A program made the translations under genes and the position numbers. From sequence record SRR31156797_1336: a stretch of 58,264 nt of DNA; one strand, 5' to 3'. The notes under the pieces are model-generated. The model searched no databases. It was not told the origin of the DNA and was given only the letters and a program-made list of their open reading frames with translations. This document shows, piece after piece, positions 41,717 to 51,575 of this stretch; positions within the stretch are counted from its first letter, which is position 1, and each line of letters starts with the position of its first letter.

Positions 41717-42658
41717 ATGAAAAGAGTTTCTTTACTAGCCATTATCTGTATAGCTACTATAGTTTTGACTTCCTGTATACCATTTAGACTTTTAGGACTA
41801 AACATTGAAACTACAAATGAAAGAGCTGAAGCAGAAGATATGATTAAAGAAATCGTTAAAGCATTAGAGGATAATGATGCAGAGAGTTTAAAGAATCTTT
41901 TTTCGGTTAATGTCAGAGAGAATATTGATGATTTAGATAAAGGAATAGAATATTTATTAAAGACTTATCAAGGTAATGCTGTATACTATGAAGATAAACT
42001 AGGAAACACTTATGAACATAATCTTTATGGAGATAAAGAGATACATATTAATCGTTATTATTTGGTAGAAACAGATGAAGATACATATATATTTAAGTTT
42101 ACAATAAGAAAAAGTGATTTTGATATTAATGATAATGGATTGCACCAATTGCGAATCTTAACAGAAGAAGATGAAGAAAAATTAATACTATGGATTATGC
42201 ATAGTGAAACACCAGGTATATTACGGATAGATACACTGACACCAAATGATTATTTAGCAGCTGCAACTAGAGCCTTGAGTAATGGGATTGAAGACGCTTT
42301 ATATCATATTTATTCACAAGAGGTACGTGAAAGCATACCAGACTTTGAGGAAAAAATAGATGATGTTATTACTAAATTTGAAGGCTATGCAGATTATGAT
42401 GAGTTCCCTGATGTGGTAGTCTTATCCACGAATAAAGTTGGCTCCAAGACGGTTATTAAAGCGGAGTGTGAGTTAGATACTAAGACGTTTGATAGAACCC
42501 AAGATATTACCTATCTTATTTATTTTGTTTACTGTCCATTTGAGAGTAACAAAGAAGGCGGTGGATTTTATAGTATACAAATTTGTGAGAAAACAGATGA
42601 AAATAGTCAGCCTATTACAACTGATGAATTGGGAATTTTTTATCACGGCTTAGATTGA
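41717..42658 (+). CDS. Lipoprotein with two DUF5104-like repeats
   Basis: LTSC lipobox; duplicated AL.N....L...FS..VRE.I.D....I pattern. Confidence 0.7.
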   Translation: MKRVSLLAIICIATIVLTSCIPFRLLGLNIETTNERAEAEDMIKEIVKALEDNDAESLKNLFSVNVRENIDDLDKGIEYLLKTYQGNAVYYEDKLGNTYEHNLYGDKEIHINRYYLVETDEDTYIFKFTIRKSDFDINDNGLHQLRILTEEDEEKLILWIMHSETPGILRIDTLTPNDYLAAATRALSNGIEDALYHIYSQEVRESIPDFEEKIDDVITKFEGYADYDEFPDVVVLSTNKVGSKTVIKAECELDTKTFDRTQDITYLIYFVYCPFESNKEGGGFYSIQICEKTDENSQPITTDELGIFYHGLD

Positions 42659-42679
42659 AACAAGCTAGATAAAACAATA

Positions 42680-42720
42680 AATATATTCCACATTAACAAC
42701 TAATACATGTGCAATGCGTG
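42680..42720 (+). repeat. Degenerate copy of rlmD 3' end
   Basis: ACATGTGCAATGCGTG vs rlmD ACATGTGGAGTGTGTG (13/16), preceded by AATATATTCC vs GATATGTTCC. Confidence 0.5.
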
Positions 42721-43177
42721 GCGGAATTATACAATAAAAATGGTAATAGAATAAAAAATTGACAAGAAGCAGCAATAATATTACAATAAACAATGGTAAT
42801 TAACATACTATTAAATATAGACAAATTTTATATGAAGCCTCAGCAATGGGAGAGACATTAACAGTTAGTTTGGTTGCTACTGAAACTGATTATACAAGTA
42901 TGTTAAGCCCAGAGACTGAGTAGGTAGATGTATCTAATCTGCAGCAAATCTAATGGATTGGTAGTGGTTAAATAATATCTCATGATGATTGTAACACTAC
43001 TGTATATAGAGTGCACCATGAGCGCAATTTAGTTCAGATATTTATATAAATAATTGTACACAGTCTTTCTTTATTGTAAATGGAAATTCTGTGTATTTTT
43101 CATAATTGAGTAAAGGCAAAAAGCGATACGATGATACAAAAATATTTGTGAAATCAAACAATATTCCTGAGGAGTAT

Positions 43178-43220
43178 GTACAGCTATATGCTTTATTTAC
43201 CAAACTACCCATATGGAGTG
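43178..43220 (+). repeat. Degenerate copy of rlmD 3' end
   Basis: CAAACTACCCATATGGAGTG vs rlmD CAGACTACACATGTGGAGTG (17/20), with GTACAGC 23 nt upstream (24 nt in rlmD). Confidence 0.55.
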
Positions 43221-43255
43221 AATAGTAGATAGGATAAAATCAGGGTACAATTAGA

Positions 43256-43612
43256 ATGCATAACACAACACAATCAGAAATTAAAAGAATGAAAATATCT
43301 CTAAAGAAGAGCTGGTCAAATAAGTCCAGTTCTCTATTCAGCATTACTAATCCAGCAAAAGGACAATGCGGAGTGACAGCACTGGTAGTTAATGCTATTT
43401 TGGGCGGAGAGATACTAAAGACTCAGTTGGATGAGGGCTGGCATTACTATAATAGAATTAATGGTGAAGTCATTGACTTTACTAAATCTCAATTTGAAAG
43501 TCCAATTAATTATGATAACCTAGTTTCCTCCAGAGAGGAAGCTTTCACATCAACCTGTCAGAGTCAGTATGAAAATTTGAGAGATGCTGTTGGTAAATTG
43601 CTTAATGAATAA
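43256..43612 (+). CDS. YunG family protein
   Basis: NPAKGQCGVTALVV..GGEILK..WHYYNRING..DFTKSQF. Confidence 0.85.
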   Translation: MHNTTQSEIKRMKISLKKSWSNKSSSLFSITNPAKGQCGVTALVVNAILGGEILKTQLDEGWHYYNRINGEVIDFTKSQFESPINYDNLVSSREEAFTSTCQSQYENLRDAVGKLLNE

Positions 43613-43678
43613 GCTTTTATGTAAATTAACTCTCTTCTTCTGCAAAAACCTGCTTAGCTGGAGAATTACAGGATTTCA

Positions 43679-44221
43679 TCAATAGTTCTCATTAAGCTTA
43701 ACCATATGAATATGGTCTTCCCATGTGCCGTTTATTAATAGATAATCTTTTGACACACCTTCATTTACAAAGCCGCATTTATCCAGTACACGTATTGAAC
43801 GGGGATTCTTCGGCATTACATTTGCTTCTACTCTGTGAAGATGGATTTCATTAAAGGCATAATCTACTACAGCCTCTACAGCTTCACTCATCAATCCCTT
43901 ATTAATATAATCCTTATCCAGAGAGTATCCCATATGACAGGACTGGAACGCACCTCGAACTATGTTGAATATACCAATTTTCCCGATTATTATATTCGTA
44001 TTATCTTTTGGGGAAATATAGAATGTATAGCGATTATCAACTTTTTGCTTATTCATTGCATCCTGCAGGATATTTCTCTGATACTCAATTGTATAGAAAT
44101 ATTCATCATGATTTGGTGTCCACTCCTCTAAGAATTCTTTGTTTCGTGTGATGTAATCAAGAAGTTCATTGTCAAAGTTAATGTCAGCTTCTTTTAACAA
44201 TATTCGCTTTGTTTTAATCAT
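43679..44221 (-). CDS. RimJ/RimL-type GNAT acetyltransferase
   Basis: RGAFQSCHMGYSL, LHRVEANVMPKN, INGTWEDH; ATG 44221 after AGAGG. Confidence 0.9.
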   Translation of the reverse strand: MIKTKRILLKEADINFDNELLDYITRNKEFLEEWTPNHDEYFYTIEYQRNILQDAMNKQKVDNRYTFYISPKDNTNIIIGKIGIFNIVRGAFQSCHMGYSLDKDYINKGLMSEAVEAVVDYAFNEIHLHRVEANVMPKNPRSIRVLDKCGFVNEGVSKDYLLINGTWEDHIHMVKLNENY

Positions 44222-44242
44222 ACATTCCTCTTTGCTGCAGTT

Positions 44243-44306
44243 ATATACTATATACTTATTTACATATTGTGGAAACAAGTATATAGTATATTTGTGTGGA
44301 TGTCAA
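44243..44306 (-). promoter_or_regulatory. Sigma-A promoter overlapped by a 15-bp inverted repeat
   Basis: TTGACA-N17-TATACT; arms ATATACTATATACTT (44243-44257) and AAGTATATAGTATAT (44277-44291). Confidence 0.6.
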
Positions 44307-44435
44307 TTTGGAAATACTAGTAAGTACTAGTAGGCATATACCATAATTAGAGATAAATATAATGCCGGCAATTATTTTTTAATATAATTTATTTGAGAAA
44401 GACATGGAGTCAGCAGACTGAATGATTTATGGGAG

Positions 44436-45098
44436 ATGGTAATAATGATTAATGAATTTAATGGCTTGTACAAGGTGAAGAAAAAAGATATTGTTGAATG
44501 CGGCAGGATTTTAACAGATGCTTTTAGGAATGATCCAAAGTGGGGAAGACTTTTTGACGGAGTCGGTGACAGACAAAGAAATGCATTTTTTCAGGAGCCA
44601 GCAAGCTATTGTCTAAAGTATGGAAAAGTATTTGCCCCTTCCGAAAATATGGAGGGTATAATAGCTGTAGTTCCAGGCAAATATTCTGAAATGACTATAA
44701 TGAGAGTGCTGAAAACTTGCCTGATTTCTACTTATATACTGGGGGGTATAGAGTTATTAAAGTTTTTAGGAAAGCTTGATACAACGTTCGAACCTCTGGA
44801 AAAGACCCGAGAGAAAATCATGAAAGACAGGGAATACCTATACATTTTTATTATAGGTGTCAAATCTAAATTGCATGGTAAGGGATTTGGATGGAAGATG
44901 CTCAATGCACTTTGTGAATATGCTGACAGAGCAGGGCTGCCTGTATATCTAGAGACTACAACTCAAAAGAATGTAGAGATGTATAAAAGATATGGATTTA
45001 TAGTAGTTGATAAGATAGTACATCCTGAATTTGACTTGCCTCAATGGGCTATGATACGAGAGGCTAAAGAACTAGAAAATAACAAGCATCACAATTAG
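44436..45098 (+). CDS. GNAT acetyltransferase
   Basis: AFRNDP, IGV...HGKGFG, PVYLETT..NVEMYKRYGF; start may be 44445. Confidence 0.88.
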   Translation: MVIMINEFNGLYKVKKKDIVECGRILTDAFRNDPKWGRLFDGVGDRQRNAFFQEPASYCLKYGKVFAPSENMEGIIAVVPGKYSEMTIMRVLKTCLISTYILGGIELLKFLGKLDTTFEPLEKTREKIMKDREYLYIFIIGVKSKLHGKGFGWKMLNALCEYADRAGLPVYLETTTQKNVEMYKRYGFIVVDKIVHPEFDLPQWAMIREAKELENNKHHN

Positions 45099-45200
45099 TA
45101 TACACTTCAGTATAAAAATCTGTCATAATATTGATATGATTTTACATTTTGATAGATGATATAATAGAGTATATTGTGATGAAATACTAAGGAGGCTACT

Positions 45201-45875
45201 ATGGGATATTATCTAGATTTAAGTGAAATTCAATTAATGGATTATTGTGAATCACTAAAAATTGCACCATTGATACCAAGCCAGAAAATATTACTCACAG
45301 ATATTGATAATATATTTAATATAATAAAAGCCACTGGTATCAGTGATGTGGGTGAATTACAGCAGGCTCTAAAGAGTAAATCAAAGATTGAAGCTTTTTC
45401 AATTGATACTGGCATTGATAACAAGTACCTGACTGTATTAAGGCGTGAAATAAACAGCTGGCATCCTAAGCCAAGAAAAATCACTGATTTCCCATATGTT
45501 CAAGAGGAGATAAAGGACAAGTTATTGTCTCTTGGGATTAAGACTACTGTACATTTATTTGATAGAGTGAAAAACAAAGACGAGAGAGATGAACTGCGGC
45601 AGGAGCTAGGCTGCAGCGATGAAGACGTATTGCACTTAGCACAGCTTGTTGATGTATGTCGTCTTCGTTATGTAAATGAAACCTTTGCAACTCTCCTTAA
45701 TGTTTGTGGATATACTTCAATAAAAAAGGTGAGAAACGCAGATTATGAAGAGCTTCATGAAAAGATAAATGCATTGAACAAAGAGATTAATATTTATGGT
45801 TGCAGTATGGGCATCAAGGATATGAAGTTTATGATTAATACTGTGCCTGCTGATCTGGAGGAAATGGAATTCTAA
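45201..45875 (+). CDS. DUF4332-like helix-hairpin-helix protein
   Basis: KLLSLGIKT, DVCRLRYVNETFATLL..CGY pattern; RBS AAGGAGG. Confidence 0.65.
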   Translation: MGYYLDLSEIQLMDYCESLKIAPLIPSQKILLTDIDNIFNIIKATGISDVGELQQALKSKSKIEAFSIDTGIDNKYLTVLRREINSWHPKPRKITDFPYVQEEIKDKLLSLGIKTTVHLFDRVKNKDERDELRQELGCSDEDVLHLAQLVDVCRLRYVNETFATLLNVCGYTSIKKVRNADYEELHEKINALNKEINIYGCSMGIKDMKFMINTVPADLEEMEF

Positions 45876-45884
45876 ATATCTATA

Positions 45885-46403
45885 ATGAAAAATTACTTTT
45901 ACAAAACAGAACGAATAGGGTTTACCACATGGTCTCATGAGGATATTCAATTGGCTCAGAAGTTATGGGGAGATTCTGAAGTTACGAAATTAATATGTGC
46001 CAGCGGCAGTTTTAGCATTGAGCAGGTAATAAATAGACTGGATAATGAAATCAACCAGTATAATGAATTTGGAGTGCAATACTATCCAATATTCTTAATT
46101 GAAAATAATGATTTTGTTGGCTGCTGTGGTCTGAGGCCATATAATATGGAAGATGAAATTTATGAATTTGGTATACATCTGTGCAAGGATTATTGGGACA
46201 GGGGTTTAGCCTTTGAAGCCTCAAAAGGTATTATAGAATACACAAATAAAGAACTTAAAATAAATAAATTCTTTGCTGGACATAATCCAAATAATACAGC
46301 ATCCAGAGGATTACTAATAAAAATTGGATTCAAATATACACATGATGAAATTTATGAACCTACTGGTTTAAACCACCCATCTTATAGACTTGACATAAAA
46401 TAA
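45885..46403 (+). CDS. RimJ/RimL-type GNAT acetyltransferase
   Basis: FVGCCGLRPY, YWDRGLAFEA, AGHNPNN.AS..LL.KIGF. Confidence 0.88.
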   Translation: MKNYFYKTERIGFTTWSHEDIQLAQKLWGDSEVTKLICASGSFSIEQVINRLDNEINQYNEFGVQYYPIFLIENNDFVGCCGLRPYNMEDEIYEFGIHLCKDYWDRGLAFEASKGIIEYTNKELKINKFFAGHNPNNTASRGLLIKIGFKYTHDEIYEPTGLNHPSYRLDIK

Positions 46404-46482
46404 GAATAAATGGAATTCTAACAGCCATCCATTAGGGACATTTGTTTAGCGATTTTCTTAACAAGATTTTAAATGTTTAATT

Positions 46483-47034
46483 TCAAATAAATCTAGTTAT
46501 TTCATCTACACCTTTACGCTCAGGCGCACCCCCTATGCCTTTGTGTGCTATAGGGTAACCATAGGCAATAATGGCTGTGACTACTTCATTTGCTGGGAGA
46601 TTTACAATCTCTGCTGCTTTATCCTCGTCAAAGATACCCATTATTACTGTGCCAATGCCCTTTTCATGGGCAGCTAGACAGAAAGTCTGACAGGCAATAC
46701 CTGCATCAAACATTTCCCATGAATTGTTCTTTTTAGTGACTATTCCACCAGCTGAATTATAGCCGCTTTGTCTCTTTACAGCGCTTACTACTACTATTCC
46801 AGCGGCACGCTTGGCAGTCTTAATATTAAATGCAAATCCGTTCATTGCTTCATCTGCCAGCTTATTTATTATGCTTTTACTATTTACTATTGTATATCTG
46901 GCTGTCTGGGTATTTGCCCAAGATGGGGCATATTTTGCAACAGAAATGATTTCCTTTATTATCTCTCTGTTTACTGAGTCTTCCTTATATTTGCGGACAC
47001 TGCGTCGAGCCTTTATCATATTGATTGCATCCAT
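46483..47034 (-). CDS. Nitroreductase family protein
   Basis: RRSVRKY, APSWANTQ, DAGIACQTFCLAAHEKGIGTV. Confidence 0.92.
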   Translation of the reverse strand: MDAINMIKARRSVRKYKEDSVNREIIKEIISVAKYAPSWANTQTARYTIVNSKSIINKLADEAMNGFAFNIKTAKRAAGIVVVSAVKRQSGYNSAGGIVTKKNNSWEMFDAGIACQTFCLAAHEKGIGTVIMGIFDEDKAAEIVNLPANEVVTAIIAYGYPIAHKGIGGAPERKGVDEITRFI

Positions 47035-47305
47035 TATATTTTGCTCCTTTGTGATTTTATACTCTTTTGATTATTATGTTTTGTATTGCAATATTAGTCT
47101 AACCAATGTAATTGATTTTAGCAAGTGTGTATTTTGTTAACATTAATGATAGTGTAGATGAACAGTATTTATAATAAGCTAAAAAATCTATGGTGAATAT
47201 ATAGCTAAACTCCATAGTTTCAGAGATAAAACTTGATGATTTTATTTATAAGATGCTTTATAATATTAATTAAGACATAGTCATTTAAGAGAAAGGGAAC
47301 AAACC

Positions 47306-47845
47306 ATGAAGAATACAGCCTTGCTGGTAATAGATGTACAGAATACAATTGTAGACTACAATCCATATGCATTTGATGAAGTTGCAGCGAATATTGTTAA
47401 GCTTATAGATACTTGCAGAGACAATGAAACAGAAGTGATATTTGTACAGCATTGTGAAAACGATGATGATGATTTTCTAGTTGGAAGTGAGGGCTGGCAG
47501 CTGTATAAGGATATCGTACCTCTGGATAATGAAAAACGAATCTACAAAAAAGATAATTCTGCATTTGCTGGTACTGATTTGAAGCAGTATCTAGACGAGA
47601 GAAATATAGATACTCTTATTATTACTGGTATGATGACAGAGTACTGCATCAATGAAGCTGCTAAGGCTGCAAATGATTTAGGCTATAAAATTATTATGCC
47701 TCAGAAAACTAATACTACAGCAGATGATATAGAGCTAAATAAAGTTGGCAAAGATGTATATGAGCATTATAATAACAATGTTTTCAAAGATTACAATGCA
47801 ATGATTAAAAACATTGATGAGACTGTTAAGATGATTAATTCATAA
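47306..47845 (+). CDS. Isochorismatase-family cysteine hydrolase
   Basis: ALLVIDVQN, K..NSAF.GTDL, ITGMMTEYCI. Confidence 0.9.
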   Translation: MKNTALLVIDVQNTIVDYNPYAFDEVAANIVKLIDTCRDNETEVIFVQHCENDDDDFLVGSEGWQLYKDIVPLDNEKRIYKKDNSAFAGTDLKQYLDERNIDTLIITGMMTEYCINEAAKAANDLGYKIIMPQKTNTTADDIELNKVGKDVYEHYNNNVFKDYNAMIKNIDETVKMINS

Positions 47846-47894
47846 TAATTAATGATTTAATCGGTAAAATGAAATAAGTCAGAGAGGCAGTAAT

Positions 47895-48038
47895 ATGAGT
47901 GTAAAACTAACAGAATATAGCCACAGAGTTGACTGCTGATGTAAAATAGCACCAGATGTATTGGACAAGATTATGAAATCAGATGTAAAAACCAAAGATT
48001 ATCCAAGTCTATTAGTAGGCAACAGCTAAAAGGACGAG
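47895..48038 (+). pseudogene. selD: 5' remnant of selenide, water dikinase
   Basis: MSVKLTEYSHRVDC*CKIAPDVLDKIM...PSLLVGNS*KDE resembles the SelD N-terminus (LTQYSHGAGCGCKI..LLVGN..KDD); two stops. Confidence 0.8.
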
Positions 48039-48326
48039 GTGCTAACCTTATGGTATAAATATGTGACAGGAAGTATCCTGCGAATCCAAAAGAGACTGGG
48101 CGGTGCTCTCTGCAAGGAAATAATTGCATTAGTAGATGAGAGTATAGCAGAGCAGAAAAGAAGTGGAAACAAGGAAAGGCACAAAGCATGGGTAGCAATG
48201 TTATTAAAGGACTATTGTGACCCAATGTACAGCTACCAGTTGGCTAACAACAAGGATAAAATCATATTTAAAGGTGACGAAAATGCAATACTTCAGTACA
48301 TCAAAGATGCAGAGAAAGATGCGTAA
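48039..48326 (+). pseudogene. mnmH: 3' remnant of tRNA 2-selenouridine synthase
   Basis: IQKRLGG...H.AWV..LLKDYCDPMYSYQL...IIFKG resembles the MnmH/SelU C-terminus; rhodanese and P-loop parts absent. Confidence 0.78.
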
Positions 48327-48347
48327 TTGCATTAAATAGGTAAATAG

Positions 48348-49421
48348 ATGATAGAAGATATAAAGACTATTATAAAAGACTGCACTTCTTTGGAAGAAAG
48401 TGTTGTAGAAATTTTCCGCTATTATAATAAGCATATTATTTTGGAGCATACACTTGGTATGAGAGATTTAGCGGTTAGGCTGGCGAAGATGTGGGGCTTT
48501 GATATAGAGATAGTAAATACCGCTGCACTTCTTCATGACATCAGTGGAATTATTTCTAATAAAAACAGAGTGTTATTTGCATTAAATAATGGCATACCGG
48601 TGCTGGAGGAAGAGGATAATTATCCACTAATTATTCATCAGAAAATATCTGAATTCTTTGCGAGAGAAATATTTGGTATAGAAGATGAATTAATATTATC
48701 TGCCATTAGATGTCACACCACCCTGAAAGAAAATCCCAGTTATATTGACAAAATTATATTTATAGCAGATAAACTGGAGTGGGATAGAGATCAGAAGCCA
48801 AAATATTATGATGATGTTTATAATGCTTTGGTATATAAATCCCTGGACGCAGGATTGGAGAAGTATTTGGAATTTGTATATAAACATAGGAGTGAATACG
48901 CCGTAATCCATCCGTGGTTGAATGATGCATTCGATTATTTTAATATCAGCTATGAAGAAAAGGACTATATCAGCTATTTAAGAAGCATGATAGGGCACAG
49001 AAAGGTAATTCTGGTAGGCTCTGCTGTAATAATACTAAACGATAAAAACCAGGTATTGCTTCAGAAAAGGTCAGAATCCGCAATAGGTAAGTGGGGTTTG
49101 CCTGGAGGTCTCATGGAGCTAGGTGAATCTACAGAGGAAACTGCCAAAAGGGAAGTGCTGGAGGAGACAGGACTAGAAGTAGATAATCTGGAATTTGTCG
49201 CAATGAAATCCGGTAGTAACAGCTATATAAAATTACCAAACAAAGATGAATTCTATGTGGTTTCTATATGTTACAAGACCAATACATATATTGGCGAGCC
49301 AAATATCTGCGACCATGAGTCGCTGGAGCTGCGTTTCGTAGATACTGACAATTTACCAGAAAATATAGTAGGCAGACACAGAGAGTTTATTGAGATATTG
49401 AAAAGAGAGACCAGCAGGTAA
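48348..49421 (+). CDS. YqeK-type HD hydrolase fused to a Nudix hydrolase
   Basis: EHT, AALLHDIS, IIHQ, AIRCHTT, IFIADKLE (HD); Nudix box GGLMELGESTEETAKREVLEETGL. Confidence 0.88.
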   Translation: MIEDIKTIIKDCTSLEESVVEIFRYYNKHIILEHTLGMRDLAVRLAKMWGFDIEIVNTAALLHDISGIISNKNRVLFALNNGIPVLEEEDNYPLIIHQKISEFFAREIFGIEDELILSAIRCHTTLKENPSYIDKIIFIADKLEWDRDQKPKYYDDVYNALVYKSLDAGLEKYLEFVYKHRSEYAVIHPWLNDAFDYFNISYEEKDYISYLRSMIGHRKVILVGSAVIILNDKNQVLLQKRSESAIGKWGLPGGLMELGESTEETAKREVLEETGLEVDNLEFVAMKSGSNSYIKLPNKDEFYVVSICYKTNTYIGEPNICDHESLELRFVDTDNLPENIVGRHREFIEILKRETSR

Positions 49422-49606
49422 TGATAGCAGGATTCAAAGGCCATGTAGGATTATATCCTCATACTACTGCCATAGAGCACTTTGCGGACAGAATAAAGGA
49501 CTATAAAACCGGTTCAAGTACAATTCAGTTCCCATTTGGGGAGCCTTTGCCAAAGGATTTGATTATAGAGATGGTAAGGTATAGGAAAAGTTTGCTGGAG
49601 GAATAA
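49421..49606 (+). pseudogene. C-terminal half of a YdhG/DUF1801-like protein
   Basis: AGFKGHVGLYP...YKTGSSTIQFP..PLP.DLI; N-terminal half missing. Confidence 0.65.
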
Positions 49607-49642
49607 AATTAGAAGAGGACATTGTATTGACCAGTCCTCTTT

Positions 49643-50008
49643 TTAATAAATTTCTTTTAGCAGCTTTATAACATCCTCAAGGCTAAGCCCAAGACTTTTG
49701 TAATACTGTATATCCTGTGAAAGCTGATTCATTATCATTTGGGTTCTAATGTCATCTATTTCTTTATTTGAGAGATTGGCAACGAAGCAGCCCCTTCCGG
49801 TTACGGTATAGATGAGTCCTAATCTCTCCAATTCCTCCCAAGCCTTTTTTACAGTTATTATACTTACGCGAAGTTCCTTTGCAGCAGTACGGATAGGAGG
49901 GAGAGAATAATCACCCTTTAGTTCTCCCTTTATAATCTGCGCACTAATCTGCTCAAATAACTGCTGATAGATAGGCTTTTCGGATGAATAGGATATAACA
50001 ACTTTCAT
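49643..50008 (-). CDS. GntR family regulator (YtrA subfamily)
   Basis: PIYQQL..QI, LPPIR..AKELRVSIITVKKAW, GRGCFV; 121 aa. Confidence 0.92.
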   Translation of the reverse strand: MKVVISYSSEKPIYQQLFEQISAQIIKGELKGDYSLPPIRTAAKELRVSIITVKKAWEELERLGLIYTVTGRGCFVANLSNKEIDDIRTQMIMNQLSQDIQYYKSLGLSLEDVIKLLKEIY

Positions 50009-50661
50009 TAAATATCTACTCTTTCAAATCTCTTTATTGCTATATAATACGAGATAACTGATAAAAGTACAAATATTATTATTCCGATTGCCAAAATTGC
50101 GAGATGTGGAATAATGGTTTGAGAATTTGAAACATTTAGAATATTCGAAATGTCAGAATTCTTTATTGCCAGCATTTCGACGAGAAAACCATATATAATA
50201 GCAACTGCTGTAGAAACAATAACGGGTGCTCCGTACTTATATGCAGTTTTGTAGTACATGGATATTAGTATTAAGTTGAATATGCCATACATTACAAAGC
50301 ACAATCCCCAGAATGCTGTAGTCGGACGCAGGAAGAAGAAATCCATTTTTGCATATAAATGATTATTGATTATCCCATATATATATGCTGCCAGAATATG
50401 CAGTATTTCAAGCAGACATACAAAGATTACACGTGCCTTTACGATATCCTTTCTCGTTACAGGCATCATAACAGAAAATATTAAGTCATTCTGAGATTTG
50501 TATCCAGCAAAAGCATTTGGAATGGTGATAAAACAAAAGTATAAAGGCACAAGGAAGTACAGCCAACCGGGGATAAGCATCAAAGCTCCAAGGACAAAGG
50601 GAATTATATAAAAGAAAGCTGGTATTCCCAATTTTAATTCTTTGATTAGTAATTTATTCAT
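50008..50661 (-). CDS. ABC-2 transporter permease
   Basis: Six TM helices, MPVTRKDIVKAR, overlaps both neighbours. Confidence 0.85.
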   Translation of the reverse strand: MNKLLIKELKLGIPAFFYIIPFVLGALMLIPGWLYFLVPLYFCFITIPNAFAGYKSQNDLIFSVMMPVTRKDIVKARVIFVCLLEILHILAAYIYGIINNHLYAKMDFFFLRPTTAFWGLCFVMYGIFNLILISMYYKTAYKYGAPVIVSTAVAIIYGFLVEMLAIKNSDISNILNVSNSQTIIPHLAILAIGIIIFVLLSVISYYIAIKRFERVDI

Positions 50662-51508
50662 TCATGTTCTCCTTCTTTGCGTAGTAAATCATAATGTCCT
50701 CTAAGTTGGGCAAAGCAGAATTTATTCCTAGTGACTCGTCTAAATCCTGATTAAGTATTAGTCCAGTAAATCCAAACGCATTTTGTTTATATGAAATTAG
50801 CTTGTGAGAAATTGTATCCAACTGCTTAGCATCACCATTTACAAGGCGGTAAGTATCTAGGAAGTCTTCTTTTTCTGCTGAATTAACTATTTTTCCATTG
50901 TTGATATAGGTGATATAGTCGGCACACTTTTCCAAATCCGATGTTATATGGGTAGAAAATAGAATGCTTTTGTTACCGTCTTCTACCAGTTTCTGAAAAA
51001 TATCCAATAGATTATCCCTAGCGACTGGGTCAAGTCCGCTGGTAGGTTCGTCAAAAATAAAAAGCTTTGCCCCATGAGATAGTGCTATTGCCAGATTGTA
51101 CTTTATCTTCATACCTTGAGACAGCTCATCTATCTTTTTATTTTCATCTATTTTAAATTCTTTCAAATAAGAATAATAAATGTTATCATCCCAGTTTTTG
51201 TAGAAGAGTTTTATTATGCTGGTTACTTTTTTGATTTTACTGCGGTTGTAGAAGATGATATCGCCGAAAGCATACCCGATATCCTGCTTTAGCTCCAATT
51301 CGTTTTCTATAAAATTCTTGCCCAGAATACTGATATTACCGCTTTGAGTATGTATCATATTCAAAATGGATTTTAGCGTAGTTGTTTTGCCTGCGCCATT
51401 GCTGCCGATAAATCCCATGATGTATCCTGTCTCCAGCTCAAATGAAACATTTTGCAGCTTGAATGTTTCATAGGATTTGTTTAAGTTCTCTACTTTAAAT
51501 GCTAACAT
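50654..51508 (-). CDS. ABC transporter ATP-binding protein
   Basis: GSNGAGKTT, LSQGM, IFDEPTSGLDP, STH; ATG 51508 after GAAAGG. Confidence 0.93.
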   Translation of the reverse strand: MLAFKVENLNKSYETFKLQNVSFELETGYIMGFIGSNGAGKTTTLKSILNMIHTQSGNISILGKNFIENELELKQDIGYAFGDIIFYNRSKIKKVTSIIKLFYKNWDDNIYYSYLKEFKIDENKKIDELSQGMKIKYNLAIALSHGAKLFIFDEPTSGLDPVARDNLLDIFQKLVEDGNKSILFSTHITSDLEKCADYITYINNGKIVNSAEKEDFLDTYRLVNGDAKQLDTISHKLISYKQNAFGFTGLILNQDLDESLGINSALPNLEDIMIYYAKKENMNE

Positions 51509-51521
51509 ACGATCGCCTTTC

Positions 51522-51575
51522 ATATTGTGTATATTGTATATGCACAATATATCAGGAGTACAAGTCATTTGTCAA
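51522..51575 (-). promoter_or_regulatory. YtrA-type operator and promoter
   Basis: ATATTGTGTATA-N5-TATGCACAATAT inverted repeat downstream of minus-strand TTGACA (51575-51570). Confidence 0.65.

Noticed and set aside
42830-43225. Coding-like stretch downstream of the lipoprotein gene
   Set aside because: Multiple stops and no recognisable family; mentioned only as decayed cargo.
47937-47939. In-frame TGA in selD as selenocysteine
   Set aside because: It falls at the Gly position of C-G-C-K rather than the catalytic first Cys/Sec, and the fragment has another stop and a large deletion; better explained as GGA-to-TGA decay.
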